A stretch of 64,000 nucleotides of DNA, from positions 34,635 through 98,634 of IMG/VR virus record IMGVR_UViG_3300006990_004842. The stretch is one strand, 5' to 3'. The position numbers and the translations under genes were made by a program. Position 1 is the stretch's first letter. Every line of letters starts with the position of its first letter. The notes below the pieces were generated by a model. It worked only from the letters and a program-made list of their open reading frames with translations, searched no databases and had not been told where the DNA came from. The stretch comes from a virus. Positions 9,159-19,627 of this stretch are shown here, one piece after another.

Positions 9159-10733
9159 ATGGCAAAATATTTAATATCGTTAGATAGTGAAGTATATGCT
9201 GATAATGCGGCTGGTGCTACAGCCATTACTGATACGGGTGCATCAATTTACACTACGTTTAACTTACCGTTAACGTATGAAATTGAAGCAACGCCAGAGC
9301 AAATGAACGACATCAGTAATATTACATTACAAGAATATTCAACACTTTCAACGCAAATTATACCTCAAGGTGCAACATTTAGTTTAGCACACTTGAATTA
9401 CACTCAAGATCCGCAAGGAAACATTACGTATCAAAACGTACAAAATGGTGCAGGAGTAGATGTATTCTTGATTGATACAGGAATCAACCCATCTCACCAA
9501 GAATTTACAACTGCAAACATTTCCAACTTGTGGTCAAATTTTTCAGATGATAGCGAAATAGATGATTACCTCGATGTTGTTGGGCATGGAACAGCAGTTG
9601 GAAGTTTAATTGCAGGTGGTAACATTGGCGCGGCTCCAGGCGCACAAATTCACAATGTTAAACTGTTTAATGCAGTTGACGGTAATGTCACTATAGGTCA
9701 AATTGTAAACAGTCTAGATGCTGTATATAACTATCACCAAAGCAATGATAACACAAAACCTAAAATTGTTTGTACACCATGGGTAATCAGCCAAAACAGT
9801 TTTGTTGATGCAAAGATTCAACAGATGAATCAGAACAACATGATTGTTGTTGCATCAGCCGGTAACAATGGACAAGACGTAAACATGTATTCACCAGCAG
9901 GAAATGATTTTGCAATCACTGTAGGTGCATTTAACAGCAGTAATGAAGTAACAACATTTACTAATGGTCCTACAACAGACGGTAGTAGTGGTTTTGTAAA
10001 CTATGGTTCGGCACTAGATTGTTTTGCACTAGCAGTAGATATTAGTGTTGCTGATAGCAGTAATGTTGCAAACTATAATACGTCAACAGGAACAAGTTTA
10101 GCGGCAGGTATTGCGGCAGGTGCTCTTGCAGGTTATGCTCAACGTGATACTGATCTAAGTGCTCCAGAACTTAAAGAAAGATTCTTAGCAGAAGGTCACA
10201 TGTGGGGAGTCAACGACTTAACATATGATAATGCCAATGTTAACTATAGCACAGTTTACAAATCAATGGTAACAACCATAAGTAATCAAACACCAGTTTT
10301 GTTTGCAGAACAATCAGGTAGAATTAAAAACGTACAACATGGTACAACTACAACTTTTGATTTAGGCAAAGTTGCCAACTCTGCAGAAATTGCAGTACTA
10401 GACTTTGCTCCTTTACCACCGTGGATCAGTTTAGATGTAAACACAGGTATTGTGACAATTGATGGCACTCATGCAGACTGTAGTGCAGATTTAGCACCAG
10501 GTGTATATATCTTTGCTGTCAAAGGCACAGTGTCACCTACAGCAGATTCTGCAGACAATGTTATTGTTGTTGAAGAATACAGTGTTGGTTTATATACAAC
10601 AAATGAATCAGAAGTGGATGGCAGTGGTGACGGTGCAATCAGTTCATACTACTATGATAATAGTAATAACGAATATGATGAAGTTGTAAACTATCAAGTT
10701 GCTCCTTCAAGTACACCATCATTTAAGCACTAA
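9159..10733 (+). CDS. Subtilisin-like S8 serine protease with C-terminal Ig-like domain
   Basis: Catalytic motifs LIDTG, GHGT, SAGN and GTSLA. LPPWISLD..TG resembles an Ig-like repeat. Confidence 0.85.
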   Translation: MAKYLISLDSEVYADNAAGATAITDTGASIYTTFNLPLTYEIEATPEQMNDISNITLQEYSTLSTQIIPQGATFSLAHLNYTQDPQGNITYQNVQNGAGVDVFLIDTGINPSHQEFTTANISNLWSNFSDDSEIDDYLDVVGHGTAVGSLIAGGNIGAAPGAQIHNVKLFNAVDGNVTIGQIVNSLDAVYNYHQSNDNTKPKIVCTPWVISQNSFVDAKIQQMNQNNMIVVASAGNNGQDVNMYSPAGNDFAITVGAFNSSNEVTTFTNGPTTDGSSGFVNYGSALDCFALAVDISVADSSNVANYNTSTGTSLAAGIAAGALAGYAQRDTDLSAPELKERFLAEGHMWGVNDLTYDNANVNYSTVYKSMVTTISNQTPVLFAEQSGRIKNVQHGTTTTFDLGKVANSAEIAVLDFAPLPPWISLDVNTGIVTIDGTHADCSADLAPGVYIFAVKGTVSPTADSADNVIVVEEYSVGLYTTNESEVDGSGDGAISSYYYDNSNNEYDEVVNYQVAPSSTPSFKH

Positions 10734-10763
10734 AAATTATATCAAGAATTTTTTAATTCTTTG

Positions 10764-10808
10764 AAACCTCATTATAAATACTAGCAACAGTAAATTATAA
10801 TGAGGTTT
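10764..10808 (+). promoter_or_regulatory. 14-bp inverted repeat overlapping a late promoter (TATAAATA 10773-10780) and an RBS
   Basis: AAACCTCATTATAA-N17-TTATAATGAGGTTT. The right arm contains the GAGG SD for ATG 10813. Confidence 0.7.
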
Positions 10809-10812
10809 TTTT

Positions 10813-11841
10813 ATGGAACTTGACTTAACAACAAAGAACAATGTTTTTAATGCAGTTGGCTCTCAGGGGCAATGGTTTCAACACAGATGGGGTAAACGTT
10901 CTTACCCAAACTTAGAGCTCGACTTTGACGACGTAAAGAAAATTGTTTCTAAACTTGGCAAAGATGAATCTGTATATGCAAAATCAGTATACGGTGATTC
11001 CATGCAATGGGAAAACATTGCCGATTTAGCAAAGTTGTTAGGCGAAAAACTTATTATCACAACATACGGTATGGCTGGCGAAGACCAAATAGAAGCCATT
11101 AATAAAACTGGTGCATTTGTGCATGTCATGTTAGATGGCATAGATGATTTATGTGGTAAAGTTTTTCTTAGAGCAAAATGGTCTAAGATAGATAAATTTA
11201 TCGAAACATGCAATAACAGACTAATTGAGTTTTATGTGTATGAGCATAACAAACATCAAATTCCAGATCTTATTAAGTACTGTCATAACAAAGACATTTT
11301 CCTAAAACTATCACCTGGCACAGCAAAAGATGCAGTTGGTAGTGCAATCATTGATCAAATGGGAGAGTGGCTATATGATGTTATGCCAGAGGCAGTAAAC
11401 ACAGACTTTAAGGGGCCTGGATATTGGACTGACGAACTTGAAGATTATGAAAATATCAAACCTATTGAACTTCAACGTAACACAGAAAATCACACATCAT
11501 TAAGAACTTTTATGACCAGTCCTGAAGGACGAAGTGTGCTAGAAAAGCCACTGGTATCATCATTCATTCCCAACGAAGATTATTTTGATGACTTTGCTGA
11601 TGAGTACAAAGAAGAAACATCAGATAATTGCTATATTGCAGTGTCTGGTCATGTGTTTAAGAACCATGAAGAATACACAATGTTTTCTCAAATGCTCTCA
11701 CCTGATTGGGACGTATCTACCGAAACTTGTAAAACAGATGCAGTAACACATAATTTATTTGCACAAAAAGTTTTATGGTACGCCAAAAGATTCGATGAAG
11801 AATACATCAACGAAATCGAAATAGATAAAGTCTTTTCTTAA
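10813..11841 (+). CDS. Radical-SAM-fold-like protein lacking CxxxCxxC
   Basis: Motif order ELDLTT.N, YGD, TYG, LDG, F.VYEHNKHQI resembles phage radical-SAM proteins, but the cluster cysteines are absent. Confidence 0.45.
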   Translation: MELDLTTKNNVFNAVGSQGQWFQHRWGKRSYPNLELDFDDVKKIVSKLGKDESVYAKSVYGDSMQWENIADLAKLLGEKLIITTYGMAGEDQIEAINKTGAFVHVMLDGIDDLCGKVFLRAKWSKIDKFIETCNNRLIEFYVYEHNKHQIPDLIKYCHNKDIFLKLSPGTAKDAVGSAIIDQMGEWLYDVMPEAVNTDFKGPGYWTDELEDYENIKPIELQRNTENHTSLRTFMTSPEGRSVLEKPLVSSFIPNEDYFDDFADEYKEETSDNCYIAVSGHVFKNHEEYTMFSQMLSPDWDVSTETCKTDAVTHNLFAQKVLWYAKRFDEEYINEIEIDKVFS

Positions 11842-12125
11842 ACTAACCCAACGTATGTATTAGGAGACCCTGTTGATACAGGGTGTCCACACGTGGCTAA
11901 TGCGCCGATATGTGCAGGTGGTAATCCAGAACACCTAACTCTTGGAGCACCTTGTGCAATAAATGAAACTGTGTGAGGAGGTTCGCCGTGGGCTGATATT
12001 GCATCACCCAAAAGGCTTACAGGAATACCATTTACATTAACTCCAAAAGGAGGTATAGCACCAGGGCCAACAATGACTCCTAGTGTAACTAAATCTCCTA
12101 TTTTTGAAATTGGTACGCCTGGCAT
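11838..12125 (-). CDS. PAAR-repeat spike-tip protein
   Basis: Three PAAR-like repeats (PISKIGD, PVSLLGD, PPAHIGA) plus CGH...GSPN. Confidence 0.85.
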   Translation of the reverse strand: MPGVPISKIGDLVTLGVIVGPGAIPPFGVNVNGIPVSLLGDAISAHGEPPHTVSFIAQGAPRVRCSGLPPAHIGALATCGHPVSTGSPNTYVGLV

Positions 12126-12129
12126 GCAA

Positions 12130-12453
12130 TTATTTATCTTCAGTAGAATCGGAGCCTTGCAACTCCATCTTAACTTCTTGATCAATCATGTCTTTATAAT
12201 CATTTGCAGTAAGTTCTAAACTCTCTGCCAGTGTAAATATTTCTCTTGTACTTAATATAAGTTCTTGAGATGGTGAGGTTAGTAAGAAAGGTAGTAAGAC
12301 AACATCTTCTTGATTAACATAAACTACTTTAGGTCTATCAACAGTGAGATACTTTTTATCTTCATCAACACCATTTAGTTTACATATAATCTCTTGTCCG
12401 TTGTTAGTACGAATAGTAACAACTTTACCTATTAGGTCAACAACGTTGTACAT
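12130..12453 (-). CDS. Hypothetical protein (possible Sm/SH3-like fold)
   Basis: VVTIRTNNGQEIICKL. Translationally coupled to glutaredoxin. Confidence 0.6.
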   Translation of the reverse strand: MYNVVDLIGKVVTIRTNNGQEIICKLNGVDEDKKYLTVDRPKVVYVNQEDVVLLPFLLTSPSQELILSTREIFTLAESLELTANDYKDMIDQEVKMELQGSDSTEDK

Positions 12454-12695
12454 TAGATATCACCTAATTTGCTAGTATCCAGTAATGCTTTGAACTCAGT
12501 GTAGCCGCCAATCTTTTCACCGTCAACAATAATTTGCGGAAAAGTTCTTGCTCCTGGAAATGTTTCCATTAGTGTTTCTCTGTCAAAGTCCTCGTCTAAC
12601 ATTTTGTATGTTAGTTCGTGTCCTTCTCTTTCTGCTAATGCTTTTGCCTGTACGCAAAAAGGACATTGCGGTTTGCTGTATATTTCTACTATCAT
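12453..12695 (-). CDS. Glutaredoxin
   Basis: CPFC, TFPQI, IGGY. Directly downstream of nrdB. Confidence 0.92.
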   Translation of the reverse strand: MIVEIYSKPQCPFCVQAKALAEREGHELTYKMLDEDFDRETLMETFPGARTFPQIIVDGEKIGGYTEFKALLDTSKLGDI

Positions 12696-13777
12696 TATAA
12701 ACTTAATCCCTTAAATGTGTCTTCAGTTACATCTTGTTTAGTGCCACCAATAACATAACTGCTGATCTCTGTCTCTTGTGGTGCAACTTGTACTTCGCCA
12801 CCGCTTATCCATTTTTGTGTCCACGGTAACGGATTACTTGCACTAACACTATATGGTGCAGTTAATCCAACTGCTCTCATACGTTTTGCACCAATCCATT
12901 CTACATAGTCTTTGAGAAGTTGTGCATTTAGTCCAATCATGGAACCATCTTTGAACAAATACTCTGCCCAATCTTTTTCTTCTCTGATTGCACTCATAAA
13001 CATTTCAATACACTCGTTCTCACATTCTGCTTTAATTTTTGCAAAGTCTTTATCGTCTTGTGGCAAAAACTTCAGCATCTGTTGAGTACTAGCCAAATGT
13101 ACATTTTCGTCTCTGGCTATCAATTTAATTATCTTGGCATTACCTTCCATTTTCTTTAATTCGGCAAACGCCCAACTACAAGCAAATGACACATAAAAGC
13201 GAACACCTTCTAAAATGTTTACTGCCATTAGTGCTAACCATAATGCCTTTTTATGTTCATAACTACCAAACTCTTTGTCCTCAACATCATTCATATCCAT
13301 GAGGTTATCATAATACTTGCTGATGCTATCACTACATTTTACAATTTCTTTGATGTCTAGTAATTCATCAAACACTTTACTTGGATCAGAATAAATGTTT
13401 CTAATAATATGAGTGTAACTTCTGCTGTGAATAGTTTCTGAGAATGCCCATGTTTCTATCCATGTTTCTAGTTCAGGTAAACTCACAATAGGCAATAGTG
13501 CTAAATTAGGAGAACGTCCTTGTACACTATCTAGCAATATCTGTCTTTTGAGATTGCTTGTAAAAATATGTTGTTCATGTTCAGTGAGATCTTTGAAATC
13601 TTTACTATCTCTACTAATATCAACTTCTTCAGGTCGCCAAAAGAAACCCAACTGTTTGTCAGTTAATTTATCAAACTGTCTATACTTTAATGTGTCGTAC
13701 CGTTGAATATTTACACCACCATCAAAGAACATTTTGTTTTTAGTGTGGTCTGTTTTTTTAGCATTAAATACTGTCAT
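12695..13777 (-). CDS. nrdB: Ribonucleotide reductase class Ia beta subunit
   Basis: FFWRPEE, LDSVQGR, ETIHSRSY, EGVRFY, RDENVH, QVAPQE. Confidence 0.96.
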   Translation of the reverse strand: MTVFNAKKTDHTKNKMFFDGGVNIQRYDTLKYRQFDKLTDKQLGFFWRPEEVDISRDSKDFKDLTEHEQHIFTSNLKRQILLDSVQGRSPNLALLPIVSLPELETWIETWAFSETIHSRSYTHIIRNIYSDPSKVFDELLDIKEIVKCSDSISKYYDNLMDMNDVEDKEFGSYEHKKALWLALMAVNILEGVRFYVSFACSWAFAELKKMEGNAKIIKLIARDENVHLASTQQMLKFLPQDDKDFAKIKAECENECIEMFMSAIREEKDWAEYLFKDGSMIGLNAQLLKDYVEWIGAKRMRAVGLTAPYSVSASNPLPWTQKWISGGEVQVAPQETEISSYVIGGTKQDVTEDTFKGLSL

Positions 13778-13779
13778 AG

Positions 13780-16080
13780 TTAAATTTTGCAACTGTCGCA
13801 ATCCTCATCATCTGTGATAGTTTGTGACAAAGGAGTTTCTGATTCATTAGATTCAATATCTAACTCACCTTGTCCATCAAACGTGTTATTGTAATATAAT
13901 TGTTTGCCACCATATTTGTAAAACATGATGATATGTTGTAACAAAACACTCATTGGAATCTTTTCATCTTCGTAGTGTTCTGGATTGTATGAAGTATTTA
14001 CCGAAATACCTTGATCTATGTACTTTTGTAATACAGCACAAATTTTCAAATAACCTTCTGGGCTCTTTTGATCCCATAATAAATCATACTTGTTTTTTAA
14101 TTTAGCATACTGCGGCACTACCTGTTTGAGTACTCCATGTTTGCTTTGTTTAACACTTACAAAACTACGTGGTGGCTCAATGCCGTTTGTGCTGTTACTA
14201 ATTTGTGCAGATGTTTCTGCAGGCATAAGTGCCATTAATGTACTGTTTCTAATACCAGTTTCTTTTAATTGCTTACGTAATCCTTTCCAATCCATACGCT
14301 CTTTGTGTTTAACAAGTTCGTCAATGTCTTTCTTGTATGTTTGATTAGGAGTAATACCCTGTCCATATTTTGTTTCGTGATTACCAGGTATACAGCCTTT
14401 TTCAAGTGCTAGATCTGCACTGGCTTTGATCAAGTAATAACTCCATGCTTCTGCCCATTCATCAACAAGTTCCAAGTTAGGATCTTGATAGTTTGTATCA
14501 TTTTTAGCCAACCAAAATGCAAAGTTAATAATGCCAATACCTAAAGGTCTGCGTTTCTCAGTTGCTAACTGTGCCGCAATAACCGGGTACTTCTGGTAGT
14601 CTAGCAGTGCGTCTAAGCCTCTTACAGCAAGTTCGCAAGGCTTCTGGAAGTCTTGTGTTGCTTTAATCCTACCCCAGTTAATTGCACTTAAAGTACACAA
14701 TGCAATTTCACCATCTTCGTCGTTTGCACTCATTAATGGCTTCGTTGGTAGATTGATTTCACAACAAAGGTTGCTCATTCTAACAGGTGCTTGTTCTTCT
14801 ACAAAACTACTATGTGTGTTAGCATGATCAACATTCATCAAGTATATTCTACCTGTGTCTTTACGTTCTGTTACAAACGCAGAAAACAAATCAATTGCTT
14901 TGATAGACTTCTTTTTAATACGTGTATTACGTTCTGCTGTTTCGTATAACTCTTTGAACCTGTCCTGATCTGCGTAGAATGCATCATATAATCCCGGCAC
15001 ATCATGCGGAGAAAACAATGTAATATCACCGTTACCTAATAATCTTTCATACATTAACTTGTTAAATTGCACACCATAATCCATGTGCCTTACACGATTT
15101 TCTTCTGTGCCTTTGTTGTTCTTTAACACCAGCATGTCTTCAATTTCTAAGTGCCAAATAGGATAGTATAGTGTAGCGGCTCCGCCTCTTACACCACCTT
15201 GGCTACATGACTTAACTGCTGATTGAAATAATTTATAGAAGGGGATAACGCCTGTGTGAGTTGCATCTCCACTCCTGATAGGTGAACCAATTGCTCTAAT
15301 ACTTCCTGCACCAATACCAATACCTGCTTTTTGACTTACATACTTAACAATACTACTGGTAGTAGCATTAATACTATCAAGGCTATCGTCGCTCTCAATG
15401 AGAACGCACGAACTGAACTGACGTTGCGGAGTTCGTACACCAGCCATGACAGGAGTAGGAAGAGAGATATAGTGTAAACTAATTGCATCATAATACTCCT
15501 TGATCCATTGTAATCGAGTTTCTGCTGGATAATCTGCAAACAGTGTTGCTGATATCAGCATGTATGCAACTTGTGGTGTCTCAAATATCTCACCTGTTGC
15601 TCTATTTTGTACTAGATACTTGCCGCGGAATTGTTCCATAGCCGCATAAGTCAATTCTTCATCACGAGTGTGATCAATATATTCACTAAGCTCGTTGATT
15701 TCTTCTTTGCTAAACTTTTCTAATATTTCTGCATCATAAAATCCTCTGTCAATATTATCCTGAATAATATCGCATAAGCAAGGAGGATCAAAAGAAGTAT
15801 ATACTTGCTTTCGTAAATGATAGTTAATAAGCCTACCAGCAACAAACTGGTAGTTGGGTGTTTCTTCTGTGATTAGATCTGCGGCACTTTTAATCAGTGT
15901 TTCTTGAATATCCGAACTTGTAATGCCACTATAGAATTGAATGTGGCTTTTGATTTCTACTTCACTTGCACTGACACCGGTAATACCATCACATGCATGA
16001 AAGACAACTTTATGGAGTTTATCTAAATCTAAATCCTCTTTACGGCCGTCTCTCTTTGTAATCTGTATGTGTTTTGACAT
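13780..16080 (-). CDS. nrdA: Ribonucleotide reductase class Ia alpha subunit
   Basis: ATP cone (TKRDG), QFSSC, SNLCCEI, C-terminal CDSCKI. Confidence 0.97.
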   Translation of the reverse strand: MSKHIQITKRDGRKEDLDLDKLHKVVFHACDGITGVSASEVEIKSHIQFYSGITSSDIQETLIKSAADLITEETPNYQFVAGRLINYHLRKQVYTSFDPPCLCDIIQDNIDRGFYDAEILEKFSKEEINELSEYIDHTRDEELTYAAMEQFRGKYLVQNRATGEIFETPQVAYMLISATLFADYPAETRLQWIKEYYDAISLHYISLPTPVMAGVRTPQRQFSSCVLIESDDSLDSINATTSSIVKYVSQKAGIGIGAGSIRAIGSPIRSGDATHTGVIPFYKLFQSAVKSCSQGGVRGGAATLYYPIWHLEIEDMLVLKNNKGTEENRVRHMDYGVQFNKLMYERLLGNGDITLFSPHDVPGLYDAFYADQDRFKELYETAERNTRIKKKSIKAIDLFSAFVTERKDTGRIYLMNVDHANTHSSFVEEQAPVRMSNLCCEINLPTKPLMSANDEDGEIALCTLSAINWGRIKATQDFQKPCELAVRGLDALLDYQKYPVIAAQLATEKRRPLGIGIINFAFWLAKNDTNYQDPNLELVDEWAEAWSYYLIKASADLALEKGCIPGNHETKYGQGITPNQTYKKDIDELVKHKERMDWKGLRKQLKETGIRNSTLMALMPAETSAQISNSTNGIEPPRSFVSVKQSKHGVLKQVVPQYAKLKNKYDLLWDQKSPEGYLKICAVLQKYIDQGISVNTSYNPEHYEDEKIPMSVLLQHIIMFYKYGGKQLYYNNTFDGQGELDIESNESETPLSQTITDDEDCDSCKI

Positions 16081-16116
16081 GTGTTTCCTTTATGGTGTGA
16101 ATGATTGCACAATAGT

Positions 16117-16145
16117 ATTTTATACTACTATACTTATCTTGTCAA
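16117..16145 (-). promoter_or_regulatory. Sigma70-type promoter for nrdAB
   Basis: TTGACA-N17-TAAAAT. The spacer also contains a GATAAGTA late-like box. Confidence 0.6.
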
Positions 16146-16150
16146 GCATT

Positions 16151-16579
16151 TTAGTTATCTAGTGCTATATTATACTTGGAAAAAACGGTACAGTTATCGA
16201 GGGCATACTGGTCATCGACAAGTTGATCTGCAATAAAATTATAGCACTTGCCTTCGTGGAAAAATACTGCACCATCCACTCCGTTTATATGATTACTTAT
16301 GCCTCTGAAAATTAAATTTTCTTGATTAATGAAACCTAATTCTTTGAGAGTATGTGCAAGAATATAACTGATTCCGGACTGGCAAAAATAGCCTTCTGCT
16401 ACAATTTCAAACACATTAGGCCAGTCTTTACAATTATAGTAATCTAAGTATCTTGGAAGTATTTTGATTTGGGAAAAGGTCTCGAGTACGTCTTCAACAG
16501 TTCCATCACTGGGGAAATCATTTCTGTATTGGCGCCAAACTCTTAATCTATCCGAGCTCGAATGTGTGGGTAAAAACAT
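16151..16579 (-). CDS. Hypothetical protein
   Basis: ORF abutting the upstream structural gene. Confidence 0.65.
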   Translation of the reverse strand: MFLPTHSSSDRLRVWRQYRNDFPSDGTVEDVLETFSQIKILPRYLDYYNCKDWPNVFEIVAEGYFCQSGISYILAHTLKELGFINQENLIFRGISNHINGVDGAVFFHEGKCYNFIADQLVDDQYALDNCTVFSKYNIALDN

Positions 16580-19500
16580 TTATGATGTACTTGACCAACG
16601 TCTAATAATATACTTTAATCTCAACTCTGCACCAATGTTGTGTGCAGTATAAGTAAATGGTGTAACATTCGGATCTACAATTTGATTTTGTAATTTAAGT
16701 TCTACTTCGTCGCCATTTAACACTGCTTCAAACTGTGGTTCTACTACAGGGTCACTTGAACTAATCTCGTATGAACTAGAGAATGTATCATTTAATACTA
16801 CAGCATTTGCTGGGTCACTGAAATCAGTCCTTGCAGACACAGTCATAGTACCAATTCTCATATACTTGTTTGCAGAGCCTGCCTTCTCAGTTAATGTATA
16901 GTCTAATACAAAACTGTTAAACACACCAACACCAACACTAAACAAGGCGTCTCCAGCACTGTCGCTTAACAGTATTGGTTCAATTGTCAAAGAGTTATAT
17001 GTTGTTGTAGTTTCGCCAAATGCCGCGGCTTCTCTGGTCTGTAATTCTAAATTTGTTTTTAGATTTAATAATCCTTTAGTACCATCAGATGTATCAGTTT
17101 CTCTGTCTATTGGACTTTGATTATAAATTTTATTTGACAACTCATTAAAATAACCTGCTTCTTCTCTGGTAGCAAAAGTTATTTCATTGTATGTTGTATC
17201 TATAACTAAATCAAATGAATCTGCTAAGTTATTATTAATATGTGTTAATCCACTTGCATACAAAGGACCGCCTGTGAATACATCAACAAACATATTAACA
17301 TCTCTGTCTTTAATTAATCCATCTAACCAAGTTTCTAATTTTGCTCTAACAGTATTATTTGCTCTGTCATACTCGCCCGGTGTTAAACCCAAAACACTTA
17401 AAGTTGGTCGAGTACTATCTTCATATAATGTGAACGGTATACCACCTGCCGCTACACTGGATAAACTTGGTCTTTGCGATACATACAATTTATTCAAACT
17501 GCCATCTTCTTGCAAACTCCAATTCATTGTTGGGAAAATACTGGTGTTTGCACCTGTTGCTGTTGTCTGAACTAATGATCTATTAAGTGTAACAATCGCA
17601 TCTTGCACACTACTAGCACTTGATAAATCAACTGATAATACTGGTGCTACCTTTGTTGTTCCTGTGTATGAAGAACCTAACACAGGCATCATTCCATTAG
17701 CACCATTAGAACCTTTTAATGCGGAAGTATCTGAACGCATTGAACCGTTAGTAACAAATACAGTATTTGCTGTTGTTTGATCTGCATCAATAGTTGATGT
17801 AGTGTTTACTATTGTTCCGTCGTTGTCAACTGTTATAATAACACTTGTGACTAAACTTGTAAATCCATTATCTTCTGATACCAGTCTAAAACTAGTATCA
17901 ACGTTTGCTGAGCCAACGCCGTGATCTATAAATCCAACATTAGCAATATTTGCAGTCATGGTTGCTGTGTTACCACCAAGTATACCATTCTGTATTTCAA
18001 TCAAGAAAGAATTATTAGCAGTAGACACTTCTTGTACTTCAAAAATAGCATCATCTAGTGTGCCTGCATCAACCATTCTCACATAATTACCTACTGCAAG
18101 TCCTTCAATAAAATTGCTGTCTGCACTAGAGATTGATACATTGGTTTCACCTGCTTGACTAGTAACTAAATTAGCCTCGCCATATCTAACCAAATTCCAT
18201 GATGTTTGTGGTATGGTAATATCTAATGTTTTTGCTGTGTCATTAATATTATGCACATTAAACATTTTGTTGTTGAGATAATCGTTTACATTAGGTGTTT
18301 TTACTTTTGCTTTATTATAACGATATGTTCCGCTGTCAACACTAAAGATTGAATTGAAGTTTGCATTATCAAACTCAACAGTATATTTTGTAGGTGTACT
18401 TGTACCTGAATGATACGTGCTAACATTACCTGTTACATCAGCATCATAAAATTGATCTTCTCTGCCAATAATGAATGAACCTAATTGTAATGGACTTGGC
18501 AATGCAACAATATTTGCACCTTCTGCATATACTGCAATATGTTTATTTTCTAATGCAAAAAATCCAGTACCAGAACTTGTACTTACTCTGATATTCTGTT
18601 CTGGTATTTTTCTATGATGCGGAATACTGTATGCATCATAAAAACTATTTGCTTGGTTTGTTGCAGAAATATTTCCGTTAACACCTGTTAATGCTAAATT
18701 TACATTTGCGTTACCGTAATAGCAAACTGAAACATCGTCTGTTACATTTGGTGCTGTTCTCAATGTTAAAGTATGATAACCAGTAGAAGTAATATTGCTA
18801 CCATTAAATGTATAATCTGAATTTGCACTTGGTATTGATAGCACAGAAGCATTGGATTCTGGTATTAGTTTAATACCATTTTTTCTCACAATAACATCAG
18901 TACTCTTAAATGTATCAGTGTTATGGTTATTAACAATGTTGTTAGGTATAAATTCTATATTGGAGTTTTGAGTTAGTGTTTGAGCTCTATTCAATGTAAT
19001 TGTATAATTGTTAAAACCATCATTTACAATATTGAGAAGTTTAACTTGGTCTCCAGTAATCTCTGGACCAGTTAAAAAATCACCTATACGTACACCATCA
19101 AAGTCTGCAGGATTTCCTGCATTATTAATCACAAAAGTATCAGAACCATTTACATCTGCATTTGCTAATAAATGTACACTGTTAGTTGTTTCGGTACTGA
19201 ATACAGGAAAGTCAGAACTCATATTGTAGAATTCTGTTTTAACACCTGCACTTGAACCTGTTAATAAAGAACGTACTTCTTTTGCTTCGATAGAATCTGA
19301 AAATTGTGTACCATCAAACTCTCCCTTTTTGATAAAGTAAAAAGGAACTGTAAATGCAATAATGTTATTGTTTGAAATACTTATTACATGGTCTCTGGCA
19401 CTTACGGTGTTCTCAATAAAACTAGTGGTACTAAGATCAACAGAATTAGGATTATCAGGATCATGCCCAATATATACTTGCTTACTATCAACAGCCAAAC

Positions 19501-19594
19501 CAATTTCACCTGGTCGCAAAGGCTGTGGGAGATCTTGTTTAAGTCCTCTTCTGTGTTGTATTCTAGATACTATAGTTTTATCGTTTTCTGCCAC
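16580..19594 (-). CDS. Virion structural protein (tail fibre/baseplate-like)
   Basis: N-terminal SRIQHRRG..LP..L..GEIG.AVD...YIG fibre-attachment-like motif, N/S/T-rich beta composition, late box at 19620. Confidence 0.65.
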   Translation of the reverse strand: MAENDKTIVSRIQHRRGLKQDLPQPLRPGEIGLAVDSKQVYIGHDPDNPNSVDLSTTSFIENTVSARDHVISISNNNIIAFTVPFYFIKKGEFDGTQFSDSIEAKEVRSLLTGSSAGVKTEFYNMSSDFPVFSTETTNSVHLLANADVNGSDTFVINNAGNPADFDGVRIGDFLTGPEITGDQVKLLNIVNDGFNNYTITLNRAQTLTQNSNIEFIPNNIVNNHNTDTFKSTDVIVRKNGIKLIPESNASVLSIPSANSDYTFNGSNITSTGYHTLTLRTAPNVTDDVSVCYYGNANVNLALTGVNGNISATNQANSFYDAYSIPHHRKIPEQNIRVSTSSGTGFFALENKHIAVYAEGANIVALPSPLQLGSFIIGREDQFYDADVTGNVSTYHSGTSTPTKYTVEFDNANFNSIFSVDSGTYRYNKAKVKTPNVNDYLNNKMFNVHNINDTAKTLDITIPQTSWNLVRYGEANLVTSQAGETNVSISSADSNFIEGLAVGNYVRMVDAGTLDDAIFEVQEVSTANNSFLIEIQNGILGGNTATMTANIANVGFIDHGVGSANVDTSFRLVSEDNGFTSLVTSVIITVDNDGTIVNTTSTIDADQTTANTVFVTNGSMRSDTSALKGSNGANGMMPVLGSSYTGTTKVAPVLSVDLSSASSVQDAIVTLNRSLVQTTATGANTSIFPTMNWSLQEDGSLNKLYVSQRPSLSSVAAGGIPFTLYEDSTRPTLSVLGLTPGEYDRANNTVRAKLETWLDGLIKDRDVNMFVDVFTGGPLYASGLTHINNNLADSFDLVIDTTYNEITFATREEAGYFNELSNKIYNQSPIDRETDTSDGTKGLLNLKTNLELQTREAAAFGETTTTYNSLTIEPILLSDSAGDALFSVGVGVFNSFVLDYTLTEKAGSANKYMRIGTMTVSARTDFSDPANAVVLNDTFSSSYEISSSDPVVEPQFEAVLNGDEVELKLQNQIVDPNVTPFTYTAHNIGAELRLKYIIRRWSSTS

Positions 19595-19619
19595 TGCTAA
19601 GTCTCCAATTGCTTAACAG

Positions 19620-19627
19620 TATTTATC
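19620..19627 (-). promoter_or_regulatory. Late promoter
   Basis: GATAAATA. Confidence 0.6.
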
